DNA of 64,000 nt from Bdellovibrionales bacterium (GCA_965262715.1 OZ253553.1:1536001-1600000), one strand, 5' to 3'; shown: positions 1-9,975, numbered from the stretch's first letter. Program-made: numbers and translations. Notes: generated by a model from the sequence alone, not told the origin.

Positions 1-834
1 AATCAAAACTCACCTGATAGATATCTCAGATTACAAAAATTGATGGAACTAAGACATAATGCGCAACTTGCTAAAAACACAAGAAAAGTAACTTATAGAT
101 ACTATTTAGCACTTAACTTCCAACTTATAATTCTTACAAACCCTCGAGAAGATCCCTATTCCTTCTATTTAAGAAAATCTTCTGATCCTAATCACTTCCA
201 TCCAGAAAGTATAATAACACCAGACATGGATTATGATGATATATCTATAGCAATAATAGAAAAATTATTTAGTGACTTCATCGATCGATACTCATTTCCA
301 GAAGTGATTATAATGCCCACAATAGAAAGCTCAGGAAATATAGGAATTATATCTGAAAATAGAACATCCGGAACTGACGTGCACTTTATTGCTTTAAATG
401 ATAAACCTACTTATGCACATGGTTGGAACATGTCACCACTCATGTATCTTAGTCACGATTTAGCTCATACTTTTGTAAAACCAACTTATGATATGAATCT
501 ATTTATTGAACTTTTCTTTTATAACTTGAGATCTCTCCCAAAATCTCAAAGACAAAGAATTGAGCTTGTTTTTTATGAACTCACCCATGAATCTGGGTAC
601 AGACTTTCAACAATAACAGAACCTATTCAAGAAGTAGTAGCAAGACATCTTCGCGTTGACCCTAAAGATCCTTATGATATTAGTGACTTTTCACAATTTA
701 TACCTGGGCATAATCATACTCTCTCTGATGTTAACGCATTTCTTCAACAAGCCCGAGATGATTTTGTCAGATTCTTCCATAAAACCCGTGCTAAGCTTAC
801 CTTTGTACAACAACTAATCCTTAAAAATCAATAA
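1..834 (+). CDS. Hypothetical protein, probably 5'-truncated by the window edge; possible HxxxH metal-binding motif
   Basis: Frame is open from base 1; SHDLAH and YELTHES motifs; no family recognised. Confidence 0.6.
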   Translation, partial: NQNSPDRYLRLQKLMELRHNAQLAKNTRKVTYRYYLALNFQLIILTNPREDPYSFYLRKSSDPNHFHPESIITPDMDYDDISIAIIEKLFSDFIDRYSFPEVIIMPTIESSGNIGIISENRTSGTDVHFIALNDKPTYAHGWNMSPLMYLSHDLAHTFVKPTYDMNLFIELFFYNLRSLPKSQRQRIELVFYELTHESGYRLSTITEPIQEVVARHLRVDPKDPYDISDFSQFIPGHNHTLSDVNAFLQQARDDFVRFFHKTRAKLTFVQQLILKNQ

Positions 835-1020
835 AATTGTTTGGAAAAACCATACTCGATTCAATGATAAATAAAAGTCAGGTATATGCTGTGATTTTAT
901 GTCTATAAAAGCCCAAACTTTTTACCTAAATCTAGATGATCTTTAACTAGAAAATATTCATTTTTAATTGAATGAAGACAGTTATTTTATTGAAATAACT
1001 TGTAAAATACTATATACTTA

Positions 1021-1101
1021 GTAATATATTGACTACATAAAAATTTTGTGATATATTGAATACAAAAAATATTTGTAGTATATTGAGCACATAAAAACAA
1101 T
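1021..1101. promoter_or_regulatory. Three tandem 27-bp operator-like repeats upstream of the HipA-type operon
   Basis: Units start at 1021, 1048 and 1075: gtaatatattgactacataaaa / gtgatatattgaatacaaaaaa / gtagtatattgagcacataaaa. Confidence 0.65.
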
Positions 1102-1134
1102 ACTATCAGTATAAAATAATAGGATGGATTCTTA

Positions 1135-2046
1135 ATGGAAAACAAATGTATAAAATGTAAAAAATCTTTACCTCGACTGATTTACTATGGTCTTCACAAA
1201 TCTTGCTTTTTGGAATGGTTTGGCCTTTCAGAAACTCAAGAGTTTCAAAACCTAGACCCCAAAAAATCAAGCACCTCTTCTAATAATTTGCAAGTAGAAA
1301 AAAAGAAAGACACTTTTTATCATGGACGTTATTTAAAGTATTCAGCTTCCTTAAATGGAATCGACTATATTTTAAAAGTTCAAGAGGAAAAATACCCTGA
1401 CTTGCCAGGTATGGAATACCTATGTAATCGTATCGCTAATTTATTGTCTTTAGAAGTACCAAAATATTACCTTATTATTTTCAATAAAAAACTAACATTT
1501 GTGACCTATAATTTTATGCAAGACTATCAAAAATCTACATTACATCATATCTATAAGTTTCTACTACCTGAAGGAGAAGAAAACCATAACTGTTCTAAGC
1601 TGATTGAAGTTATCGGAGAGCAAACAAATCAATTAGCAGATGTCACTAAATTTATAAAAATATGTCTATTTGATGCTTTGATTGGAAATAATGATAGACA
1701 TGGGAGAAATTTAGGAATCATAGATACACAAGATAGAAAAAAACTAGCACCTATGTATGATAATCCTTCATATTTTGGGATTGAAGAGGAATCTATGTTA
1801 GAAGCTGATTTAAATCCAAGTTGTTGTATTTGGACTGATTCTTCTAAAGAACCTAAGTTTTTAGACTATATAAGAGAATTTGAAAGGCTAGGGTTTCAAA
1901 AAGTATGTAGAGAATTTAAAAGAAATTTTTTAAATCAATTTAAATCTATCAAACAAGAAGTGCATTTAGCATGTATTTCTAAAAAAAGAAAAAAAGCTTT
2001 TTTAAAATTCTTGCAAAAAAAGGTACAAGACTGTGAAAAATGTTAA
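1135..2046 (+). CDS. HipA-family Ser/Thr kinase toxin lacking the N-terminal subdomain
   Basis: IGNNDRHGRN and LAPMYD HipA catalytic motifs; EYLCNRIA helix; N-terminal CxxC..HxxC. Confidence 0.85.
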   Translation: MENKCIKCKKSLPRLIYYGLHKSCFLEWFGLSETQEFQNLDPKKSSTSSNNLQVEKKKDTFYHGRYLKYSASLNGIDYILKVQEEKYPDLPGMEYLCNRIANLLSLEVPKYYLIIFNKKLTFVTYNFMQDYQKSTLHHIYKFLLPEGEENHNCSKLIEVIGEQTNQLADVTKFIKICLFDALIGNNDRHGRNLGIIDTQDRKKLAPMYDNPSYFGIEEESMLEADLNPSCCIWTDSSKEPKFLDYIREFERLGFQKVCREFKRNFLNQFKSIKQEVHLACISKKRKKAFLKFLQKKVQDCEKC

Positions 2047-2677
2047 AAAGAAAACCGTAGCTGTAGATGTTTACTTTGAAAAATACACTTCAAGGCAGTA
2101 TGTAGGTCGTTTGATATATAAAAAAAATCAATTTGTATTTTGTTATGATGATGCCTATCTTTACTCTGGTAAAGCAATTGCCTTAGGACCTGATCTACCT
2201 TGTCTAAAAAAAGAACACAAATCTAAAAAGTTATTTATCTCCTTTGAAGACCGTATACCCTCAAGACAAAATCCTGCCTATAAAGAATATTGTCAAATGA
2301 CAGGTATTTCACCACAAGAAAAGGACCCTCTGGTATTGCTTTCAACTATTGGACAAAAGGGACCTTCCTCGTTTGTTTTTGCCCCTGTTTATGATGATGA
2401 ATTTACAAAAGAAGATTTAAACGCATTTCGCAAAAGCTTAAGTCTTTCTATTAGAGATTTTGCAAAATTATTTGATTTTGCTCCTGCTACCATCCATCGA
2501 ATTGAGCAAGGTAAATCAAGTGGAAAGGACACTTTAAAAAGGGTCGAGTTATATAATCTCTTCCCCGAAGTTGCTTTATATGAAGTAAATCGATTTAGCC
2601 ATAGAGTTGGTAGTAAGATAGGCCAACATGTTAAAAAAATACTTGAATTTAAGCTATCTAAAGATGATAAGAAATAA
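2033..2677 (+). CDS. HipA N-terminal (HipS-like) domain fused to an XRE-type HTH; putative antitoxin
   Basis: VGRL..FVFCYD..LF..FEDRIP..LLSTIG pattern, then FRKSLSLSIRDFAKLFDFAPATIHRIEQGK HTH; overlaps the kinase stop. Confidence 0.8.
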   Translation: MKNVKKKTVAVDVYFEKYTSRQYVGRLIYKKNQFVFCYDDAYLYSGKAIALGPDLPCLKKEHKSKKLFISFEDRIPSRQNPAYKEYCQMTGISPQEKDPLVLLSTIGQKGPSSFVFAPVYDDEFTKEDLNAFRKSLSLSIRDFAKLFDFAPATIHRIEQGKSSGKDTLKRVELYNLFPEVALYEVNRFSHRVGSKIGQHVKKILEFKLSKDDKK

Positions 2678-2688
2678 TAGTTTTGTAT

Positions 2689-2908
2689 GGATTTGTTGCA
2701 CAAAGATTTAAGGATGAGATTTGTGAAAGGCTCGAAGTAAGCGTAAGGCCAGCGTCTTTGGAGATAAAGATTTCATAAAATACTTTATTCTATAATAAAT
2801 CTTAAAATAACAGAAATACAAGGCGCGGGGGTTGCCTGTTGCTTATGGAAGAAGCCTTTCACAAATCTCTGGCATATAAACTAAAGTTGATGTTTGTGCA
2901 ACAAGGCC
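2689..2908. mobile_element. Nested MITE-like relic: outer IS903-like inverted ends, inner 154-bp element with a perfect 17-bp TIR
   Basis: Outer ggatttgttgcacaaa (2689-2704) / tttgtgcaacaaggcc (2893-2908); inner gagatttgtgaaaggct (2716-2732) / agcctttcacaaatctc (2853-2869). Confidence 0.7.
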
Positions 2909-2932
2909 ATTTTGTATACTAATAAGAATTTT

Positions 2933-3805
2933 ATGAAAAAAAACAAAGAGTGGCTTTGGAGTTTTCCAAGCAAAACATTTCTAGTAGGAGAATATAGTGC
3001 ACTCGTAAGCGGAGGGTGTTTGCTTTTAAATACATATCCTAGATTTGTTCAATTAAAAAATGGACAGTTTTTAGATCCTCATCAACAAAAAGGAGGATTT
3101 GGAGCTTCTAGCGCGCAATGGCTTTGCAGTTACCTCTCTAGTAATCATCTCACTAAAGATGAAAAAGAACATCTTTTCAATTCAAATAAAAACGAATTAG
3201 ATGCTAATCTAGCTATTAAATTAAAAAATGCTTATCAAAAAGAAATTAAAAAGTCTGAACCTGCACTGAAGATAACTCCTAGTGGAGTAGATATCTTATC
3301 ACAATGTATAGGTCAAGTTGCTTATATTAATGTACAAAAAAATATTTTTAAGTCCTTAAAATGGCCATTTAAGGATCTTAGTTTTTTGATTTTTCCTACA
3401 GGAAATAAAGCCTTTACACTTGAGCATTTAAAAGAAGATATTCAGATTCAAAATTGCAAGCTGCTCTCTGAAAAAAGCCAAGATGTTATTGATGCTTTTT
3501 TAAATCACAAAGAAACTGAGTTTTTAAGTACCCTAAAGGAGTTTGATCTCCATTTAGAACACTTAGGTTTTTGTTGCACGCAAACTCTAGCTCTCAAAAA
3601 AAAGATAAGAAACCATTTTCCACAAGTTATTGTTAAAGGCTGTGGTGCTCTTGGAATGGACACCTTATTACTTATTTGCAAGTCTGATGTTCTTTCTGAT
3701 GTAAAAGATTTTATTCAAAAAGATATCCTAATTCAACAAAATGATCAGATCATCACAACTCAGGACCTCACAGATGGTATTCTCCTCCTCAATGACCTAA
3801 AATGA
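2933..3805 (+). CDS. GHMP kinase, probably phosphomevalonate/mevalonate kinase-like
   Basis: PSKTFLVGEY, GGFGASSA, PSGVD and KGCGALGMD motifs; start moved to ATG 2933 because the ORF-track start lies in the repeat. Confidence 0.75.
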   Translation: MKKNKEWLWSFPSKTFLVGEYSALVSGGCLLLNTYPRFVQLKNGQFLDPHQQKGGFGASSAQWLCSYLSSNHLTKDEKEHLFNSNKNELDANLAIKLKNAYQKEIKKSEPALKITPSGVDILSQCIGQVAYINVQKNIFKSLKWPFKDLSFLIFPTGNKAFTLEHLKEDIQIQNCKLLSEKSQDVIDAFLNHKETEFLSTLKEFDLHLEHLGFCCTQTLALKKKIRNHFPQVIVKGCGALGMDTLLLICKSDVLSDVKDFIQKDILIQQNDQIITTQDLTDGILLLNDLK

Positions 3806-3901
3806 GGAAGAAAGCCTGCATAACTCTAAATCACTATATTAAAGTACGTTCAGATGAGACATAGTGTTTTTAAGATAGCTTCCAAACATTATCTCATTTA
3901 C

Positions 3902-4174
3902 TTAAGCAACATTTTGCTTTTGACGAGCCTCCCAAAGATCATATTCTGCTTGCATACGGACCCACATTTCCGCTGTTGTTCCAAGAACCTTTTCAAGCAC
4001 AATAGCAAAATCTGGAGAGATACTCCTTTTGCAATTAACAATTTCATTGATCTTACGATGATGACATCGACATAATTTAGACAAAGCTGTCTGTGTCAAA
4101 TTAAGCTCATCCATATAAACATTAAGTAAAACTTCACCTGGATGCATAGGCTTAACATTTTTAATCATAATCAA
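3902..4174 (-). CDS. higA: HigA-family antitoxin (XRE HTH)
   Basis: HPGEVL..LTQTALS..INEIVN..R.IS..A..L....GT.AE.W..MQ..YD pattern. Confidence 0.9.
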   Translation of the reverse strand: MIMIKNVKPMHPGEVLLNVYMDELNLTQTALSKLCRCHHRKINEIVNCKRSISPDFAIVLEKVLGTTAEMWVRMQAEYDLWEARQKQNVA

Positions 4175-4464
4175 CCTCTATGATAATTTTCAATCTTAAC
4201 ATCCACAAATTTATTATCCTTAAACTTAACTGTGATACACCAAGGCAACTGAATTGTCACACTCCAATCATCCCTTCTATTTCCTTTTAATTTGTGAAGA
4301 CGTAAGTTTGAAGGGTTTTTAATCTTTAAATCATTTAAACTCTCTGTCGAATGCATAATGGCCATTATGGCTTTAGCCTTTTTCCAAAGAACCTGTGGTA
4401 GAGTCTTTGATCTATCTGTCTCCCAAATATCTTTGGCAATTTTATTACCTAAACTAACAATCAT
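4171..4464 (-). CDS. higB: HigB/RelE-family toxin
   Basis: PSNLRLHKLKGNRRDDWSV..WCITVKF...V.IENYH; overlaps higA upstream. Confidence 0.85.
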   Translation of the reverse strand: MIVSLGNKIAKDIWETDRSKTLPQVLWKKAKAIMAIMHSTESLNDLKIKNPSNLRLHKLKGNRRDDWSVTIQLPWCITVKFKDNKFVDVKIENYHRG

Positions 4465-4655
4465 TCTGGTATTACACTATACCTAATTATGTAATATGTC
4501 AACCCTAAAAGCCAAAAATACCTTAATAAGTACAAAAAATGATCTTAAAAGACAAGGTTTGTATAAAAGGCTCTATAATAAAATCCAAAATGAAAGCAAG
4601 TATATCTAAAATTGATGTTTGTACAACAAAGCCCCTTAAAGCTTATATAATATAA

Positions 4656-5603
4656 TCATCCTTTACTTCCAGAAATAGATTGAATCATCTGCTCAATAGG
4701 AAACTTCGTGATTGAAAAACCACAAAGTAACATAATAAGATAAAATAGAAAATCATTTGAGATGGGTATGTTCTCATACCATATACTAATAAAAACAGCA
4801 AGAGCAGGTACAATGATAAACATAAAAGATAAAATAACGAGATTCATTTGTTTTAAAAGAAAGAAGTAGAGCGTTGATACTACCACTAAAATAAAAACAA
4901 GATAAACCAATGCTAAAATTGAATCTTTTGAAAACTCAATAAAGTTTGGTTGCTCTAATATTAAGCCCATAACCATTAGAAGAATTCCACCAATACCCAT
5001 TGGCAAAATATGAAGAGTAATAACACTTATACCTCCACATTTTTTCTTAATATATATATATGAAAAAGCATGTATAATTGCCGATATAAGGATTGCAACA
5101 ATACCTGTCAGGCTAGAATAATTTAGACTTAAGTGTAACTTCACAATCATCATCAAACTTAGAAAGCCAATCACTATTCCTGCGATTTGTGAGAAAAACA
5201 CTCGCTCTTTTAACATTATTGCTGAAAAAATAAGTGTGAAAACTGGCATTGTGCTAAACAACAAAGCCATCAACCCTGAAGATACAAATTGTGCACCAAA
5301 ATTGATTAACCAAAAAGGAATAGTGAAGTAAAAAATTGTAAGGTACATAAAAGAAAACAAAGTGCCTTTTGGAAACCAAATAGTTTCACCTCGCGCCATA
5401 GCAAAAACAAAAAGCATCGGAGAAGCGCCCAAAAAACGTAAGCCCGTAGCTGTAAATGGTGGTATGGTTTCAACAGCAATTCTGGTAGCCAGCCATACAG
5501 TTGCCCAAACTAGACAAATAAAGATAAACAAAATAGATATAACTGTATTGGTAGTGTACCATGTAGATTTCCTATTGTTTTTATAAGATAATATTTCAGA
5601 CAT
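4656..5603 (-). CDS. EamA/DMT-family transporter
   Basis: About 10 hydrophobic segments; IPPF...LRF, VSSGL.ALL...P and LKERV motifs. Confidence 0.85.
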   Translation of the reverse strand: MSEILSYKNNRKSTWYTTNTVISILFIFICLVWATVWLATRIAVETIPPFTATGLRFLGASPMLFVFAMARGETIWFPKGTLFSFMYLTIFYFTIPFWLINFGAQFVSSGLMALLFSTMPVFTLIFSAIMLKERVFFSQIAGIVIGFLSLMMIVKLHLSLNYSSLTGIVAILISAIIHAFSYIYIKKKCGGISVITLHILPMGIGGILLMVMGLILEQPNFIEFSKDSILALVYLVFILVVVSTLYFFLLKQMNLVILSFMFIIVPALAVFISIWYENIPISNDFLFYLIMLLCGFSITKFPIEQMIQSISGSKG

Positions 5604-5782
5604 AAATACCTTTTATTAAAACAAACTAAGATAATGATTCACTTAAAACACTGAAACATAGTCTTCAAGTAGGATTTCATAAATTGATTTATAATGTTAG
5701 AGTTTTCTTGTGTTTTAACATATTTTATCAATACTTTAATAGTTACACCGATATTCAAGTGATATAAAATGGATTTCTTACT

Positions 5783-6664
5783 ATGGAACTAAAAAATACA
5801 ACTCAACAAAAAATAATAAAAATCTACGGGAAGGTTATCATTACTGGAGAACATAGTGTCCTTAGAGGAGGACTTGCCATAGCTTATCCTCTCTACAATA
5901 AATCCTTAGAAATGGCCATTTTACCTCAAGAACACATCAAAGATGATAAAAACTTTCAACCTATTGACCAAAAGCTGCTTCAAAAAGCACTAGAAGCTTG
6001 TGGAAAATCATTATCAGATCTAGAAGAATCCATTTTTATTAAAAACCCTTTAGATGGAGGAGGATTAGGCAGTAGTGCAGCCTTATGTGTGGCATTGGGT
6101 CGTTTGATGGTAAGCCAAGGATGGCTTTCATCTTCTGATCTCTTTAAATACTGCCATACCCTTGAACACTTTTTTCATGGAGAAAGTAGCGGCCTGGATA
6201 TTGCTGTCATTTTAAAAGAAAAACCCATCTCCTATCAAAGAGAAGAAGGAGCAAAAGATCTATTAATCAATTGGTCTCCTTGTTTTTGTGTGTCTTTCTC
6301 TGGTCAAAAAAGCCTGACCGCTCAAAATATAAAATTTGTTCAAAACCAAAAAATAAAAAATACAGACCAAAAGATGTCTTATGCCTCTCAGTTGACCATT
6401 AAAGCACTACAAAAAAATCCAACAAATGGACTGCCTCTCTTAATAGAAGCTCTCCAAACAGCCTATTTATGCTTTCAACAGTGGTCTTTGGTCCCAGATA
6501 CTGTAAAAAAACATATAGATCAATGTCAGAAAGAGAAAGCTATTGCCAGTAAACCTACAGGTTCAGGTGGTGGAGGTCATGTTTTAAGTCTTTTTAATCA
6601 TCTACCCTCGCAAGTCATCTATACTGCCGCCCCCCTAAACCCTCCTAATCATCAATCTTTATAG
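5783..6664 (+). CDS. mvk: Mevalonate kinase family (GHMP)
   Basis: GKVIITGEH, GGGLGSSAA, EHFFHGESSGLD and KPTGSGGGG motifs. Confidence 0.85.
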   Translation: MELKNTTQQKIIKIYGKVIITGEHSVLRGGLAIAYPLYNKSLEMAILPQEHIKDDKNFQPIDQKLLQKALEACGKSLSDLEESIFIKNPLDGGGLGSSAALCVALGRLMVSQGWLSSSDLFKYCHTLEHFFHGESSGLDIAVILKEKPISYQREEGAKDLLINWSPCFCVSFSGQKSLTAQNIKFVQNQKIKNTDQKMSYASQLTIKALQKNPTNGLPLLIEALQTAYLCFQQWSLVPDTVKKHIDQCQKEKAIASKPTGSGGGGHVLSLFNHLPSQVIYTAAPLNPPNHQSL

Positions 6665-6731
6665 AAGTGGTCTCAAAAATGCTAAGTCTAATTTAAACTT
6701 ACCTAAATGTAATGATTTAGAGTTATGGCAA

Positions 6732-6803
6732 GCCCCTTTCATAGGCAGCAGGCATCCTGTCTTGCATTTTTGTTATTTTATGATTTTATTATAGAATAGT
6801 GTA
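6732..6803 (-). repeat. Partial inverted copy of the interior of the 2716-2869 element
   Basis: Reverse complement tacactattctataataaaatcataaaataacaaaaatgcaag..tgcctgctgcctatgaaag aligns to ~2781-2855. Confidence 0.7.
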
Positions 6804-7106
6804 CGTTACATTCTATTGCAGTTTTTTTGTTCTTAAATAATAAGAAGTATTTGAAATGTATTAGCTTCAACTCAAAAAATGCTTCCAGCTCTAAATGAAA
6901 AAGGTATTTTTTGGCTTATTAAGGTCAGGCAAAGGCCTAGCTCAAAGAAAATTTAAGTTTGTTATCTTTTGTGGTCTTTTTTAGAAAGATTATCAGATTA
7001 AATTGTTAAAGCTAAAGGGACTTTTTCCCGATCTTTTATATTGAAATAAACTAAACAATCCAGACCTTAGTATTTAACAGGTATAATAAAAATATAGGAA
7101 AATAAA

Positions 7107-7766
7107 ATGAGCTTAAAGCTTTGGGGAAACTTTCTCTTATTTTTATTAATAGTAGAGAGTTTTCAAGGGACAGTGTTTGCCAAATCTCCTTTAGTTCTTC
7201 AAATGAAAGTTTCTCATCCCAGAAATGTTGATCAAGTCTCTCTTATTTTTAAAGAAAATACAGTAAATCTTGTGAACAATGTTCATCAAATCTCTTCTAA
7301 TTCAAAACATAGAAAACCAATACAGTTAGGTCAGTTTCAAACAGGTTTAACACGTGATTTTAAATTGTTTAGAAGGCAGATTCAGGCTTACAAAAAGCTT
7401 TTGGATAAAAGTCAAACTCGTATAAATAAATCCCAAATTTTAAGAGCTATTGGTTCTGTCAAAAAGGTCACACCTCACGTGCCTAGTATATATATTGGTG
7501 GTGATGGAAGGGTTCGTGAAGTCAAAAAAGGCCATCCTTATTTTCAACCTTTGAAAAGAATTTTGATGAAATCCATGCAGAAAAAGTACAAATGTGTCTC
7601 TTGCGCTACGTATGACAAAAAAGGGAAATCTATTATCAGGACTGTCAAGGAGCAAGGTAAATCTATACAGAAGAGAACATTTTCAAGGAAAAACCTCCAA
7701 TGCTTTCAAGTGGACAAGAAAAAAATGGAATGTGTGGATGAGACCTATGGCATATTTGAAATTTAA
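7107..7766 (+). CDS. Secreted basic hypothetical protein
   Basis: Signal peptide ending VFA; Lys-rich; four C-terminal Cys. Confidence 0.7.
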   Translation: MSLKLWGNFLLFLLIVESFQGTVFAKSPLVLQMKVSHPRNVDQVSLIFKENTVNLVNNVHQISSNSKHRKPIQLGQFQTGLTRDFKLFRRQIQAYKKLLDKSQTRINKSQILRAIGSVKKVTPHVPSIYIGGDGRVREVKKGHPYFQPLKRILMKSMQKKYKCVSCATYDKKGKSIIRTVKEQGKSIQKRTFSRKNLQCFQVDKKKMECVDETYGIFEI

Positions 7767-9765
7767 GGCTTATAGGCTTCTGCTTATACAAATAAGCCTT
7801 TTAGGGGCTTTGTATTTAAGCTTTCCGGTTATTGCGCAAGAAAGCTTGATTCAGTTTGATGTAGCCTATGAACTAAGATCTATAAAAGGGGTAACAGATC
7901 AAAATAAACCAGAATCTTTTTTTATAAGGTTGGAAAATGGTCAAGTGGATTTAAATCCTTTTTTTGTGCGTGCAAATAGTTTATTAGAACAATCCAATAG
8001 AGAAAATGCATCTTTTATTGAAAGAGATTTGGGTTCTATTTTAGACTACTCTAACGAGCTTTGTGGAGAGCTTCCAGAGCGAAGTCAAATCCAGGCTTGT
8101 CAAAGCAATGTAGGATTGAGAATTGAAAGTCAAAAAGCTCAAATGTTAGAAAGACAGGCTGAAAGAGTTTTGTTCTCGAGATTTTATGATAGAGTTACAG
8201 TTCCTTCTCAAAACGAAGTTGATAAAGTAGCCAATAGAATACACGATTATTATATCAATAGAGGAGGGTGTAGAGCAAATTATTGTCTAAATAACGATAT
8301 TATGGATACATTGCTTTATGGATCTTCTATGCATTACAATCAAGTTCTGGACGTCCTTAATGAAGCAGGATTTACAAAAGAATGTTTAAAACATGTTTTA
8401 GAAGAGATTGCAGCAGATTATTGGATTGATCCATTTTCCGGAATGCCTAAAACTTGTGGAGGCTTGAACGGATCAGATCAAAGAGTTTGTCGTCAAATGC
8501 AATCTGATTTTAGGCGTGTGACAAATCGTATTGAAAATATGGTCAAAGAAATCCAGCCTACCAAAGAAGCAGATGTCAATGTTTCTTTATCCTGTTCGAC
8601 AAGCAATGATTTGATGCAAAATCTTACCAATGTGTTATCAGAAATAGAAGAAAGATCCTGTACAAATTATTCTGAAGGAGAGCAAAGGCTGCCTCAACAG
8701 ACAGCTTCATACAGTGGTTTTTATAGTGTAGAGAAAGAATCAAATGGCAATTACACAGTCACTATCCCCATTATTTTTTCTCCTGCCGATGATTATGATG
8801 GAGATGTTCCTGAAGATCAAATCAATGCTCACTATTTAGAAAGAACACGAACATGTATGGATGAGGCTAGTCCTCACATGCTAGGCCCTAATGGAGAAAG
8901 ATTGAACTTTAATATTGTAGATGGTTCATCATTAGATGCAAGTTCTTGTCAGCAGCCAAACAAAATTTCTATTCAAAGCACTGGCACAAGATCAAATGCT
9001 GACAGCTATGCCGCTGATATAAGTTGTTCAAGCACTACACATGAATTAGGACATGAAATGGGATTGGCGGATGAATATGCAGAAATCACTAAAGGAAGAA
9101 ATGTGATTGTCCTTAACGGAAGTATTGAGCAAGAAGGACAATCCATAACAGAGACATTTCTTCCTAACTATAATTGTCGTGTTATACAGAACAACAGTTT
9201 GATGGCAAATCATAGGGAAAGATTTGGAAGTGTGCAAGATGAACACAATGATTCTTTGTTAGATCCTACACATTTTCAAGTGATTTTATATGGAACAGCC
9301 TGTCAGTCAAGAGGTGATATTAACCTTTATCAGAAGTGCGCTTCATTAGCCTATGAAACACTCTACAAACCTAACAGTGAAGAAGATAATTGTCCAGAGA
9401 TAAAACAGCAATGTGAAAGATCAAATATATTAGGTAGAGACCTTGAAAGGGACATTGAAAAACTAGAAGCTCAACTTAAAGAAAAACTTGATCAAATATT
9501 TTTCATGAATAACCAAGGTCTTTCTAATTTTCTTGGAAATGAATCCTTGTCGCATATTTTAAGAAGAGCTACAGAAAAAACGAGAGCTAATCCAGGTATA
9601 CTTACAAGAAACCTCTTTACTATACAAGAATTAAGAGATATCGAGAACACCTTGGACCCTGGTCTTTATAATGGTTTTAAGATGTTTTTAAATCAAAGAG
9701 ATCGAAGTTTAATCGAAGTTAAGCATTTAAGACTAGATCTAAGGCGTTCAAGATCGCTGCCATAA
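7747..9765 (+). CDS. Secreted Cys-rich zinc metallopeptidase-like protein
   Basis: Signal-like N-terminus from ATG 7747; THELGHEMGLADEY zincin motif with downstream NSLM Met-turn-like segment. Confidence 0.7.
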   Translation: MAYLKFKAYRLLLIQISLLGALYLSFPVIAQESLIQFDVAYELRSIKGVTDQNKPESFFIRLENGQVDLNPFFVRANSLLEQSNRENASFIERDLGSILDYSNELCGELPERSQIQACQSNVGLRIESQKAQMLERQAERVLFSRFYDRVTVPSQNEVDKVANRIHDYYINRGGCRANYCLNNDIMDTLLYGSSMHYNQVLDVLNEAGFTKECLKHVLEEIAADYWIDPFSGMPKTCGGLNGSDQRVCRQMQSDFRRVTNRIENMVKEIQPTKEADVNVSLSCSTSNDLMQNLTNVLSEIEERSCTNYSEGEQRLPQQTASYSGFYSVEKESNGNYTVTIPIIFSPADDYDGDVPEDQINAHYLERTRTCMDEASPHMLGPNGERLNFNIVDGSSLDASSCQQPNKISIQSTGTRSNADSYAADISCSSTTHELGHEMGLADEYAEITKGRNVIVLNGSIEQEGQSITETFLPNYNCRVIQNNSLMANHRERFGSVQDEHNDSLLDPTHFQVILYGTACQSRGDINLYQKCASLAYETLYKPNSEEDNCPEIKQQCERSNILGRDLERDIEKLEAQLKEKLDQIFFMNNQGLSNFLGNESLSHILRRATEKTRANPGILTRNLFTIQELRDIENTLDPGLYNGFKMFLNQRDRSLIEVKHLRLDLRRSRSLP

Positions 9766-9975
9766 CTCTTTCTTCAAGATTATTCTTCAAGTGAAGATCA
9801 TGTCTCTACATTAAAACCTATCATAGAAAACCTAAATGAGAAGTTGGAAACCAACCCTGAAATATCCAATGATGATTTATTGACTCCTCAACAGATAACT
9901 GACATCCAACGCCTTCATATTATTTCACCTGATTACCGTAAGACCAAACTAGCTTAATGAAAAATCTTAGGTTAT

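Noticed and set aside
1021..1101. Possible mini-CRISPR array
   Set aside because: Units are contiguous and degenerate with no spacers; no cas genes in the window
2389..2703. Antisense or nested ORFs from the track (e.g. 2389-2703, 3854-4075, 5362-5586, 17828-18175, 21725-22000, 43382-43969, 55849-56127)
   Set aside because: They shadow well-supported genes and show no motifs
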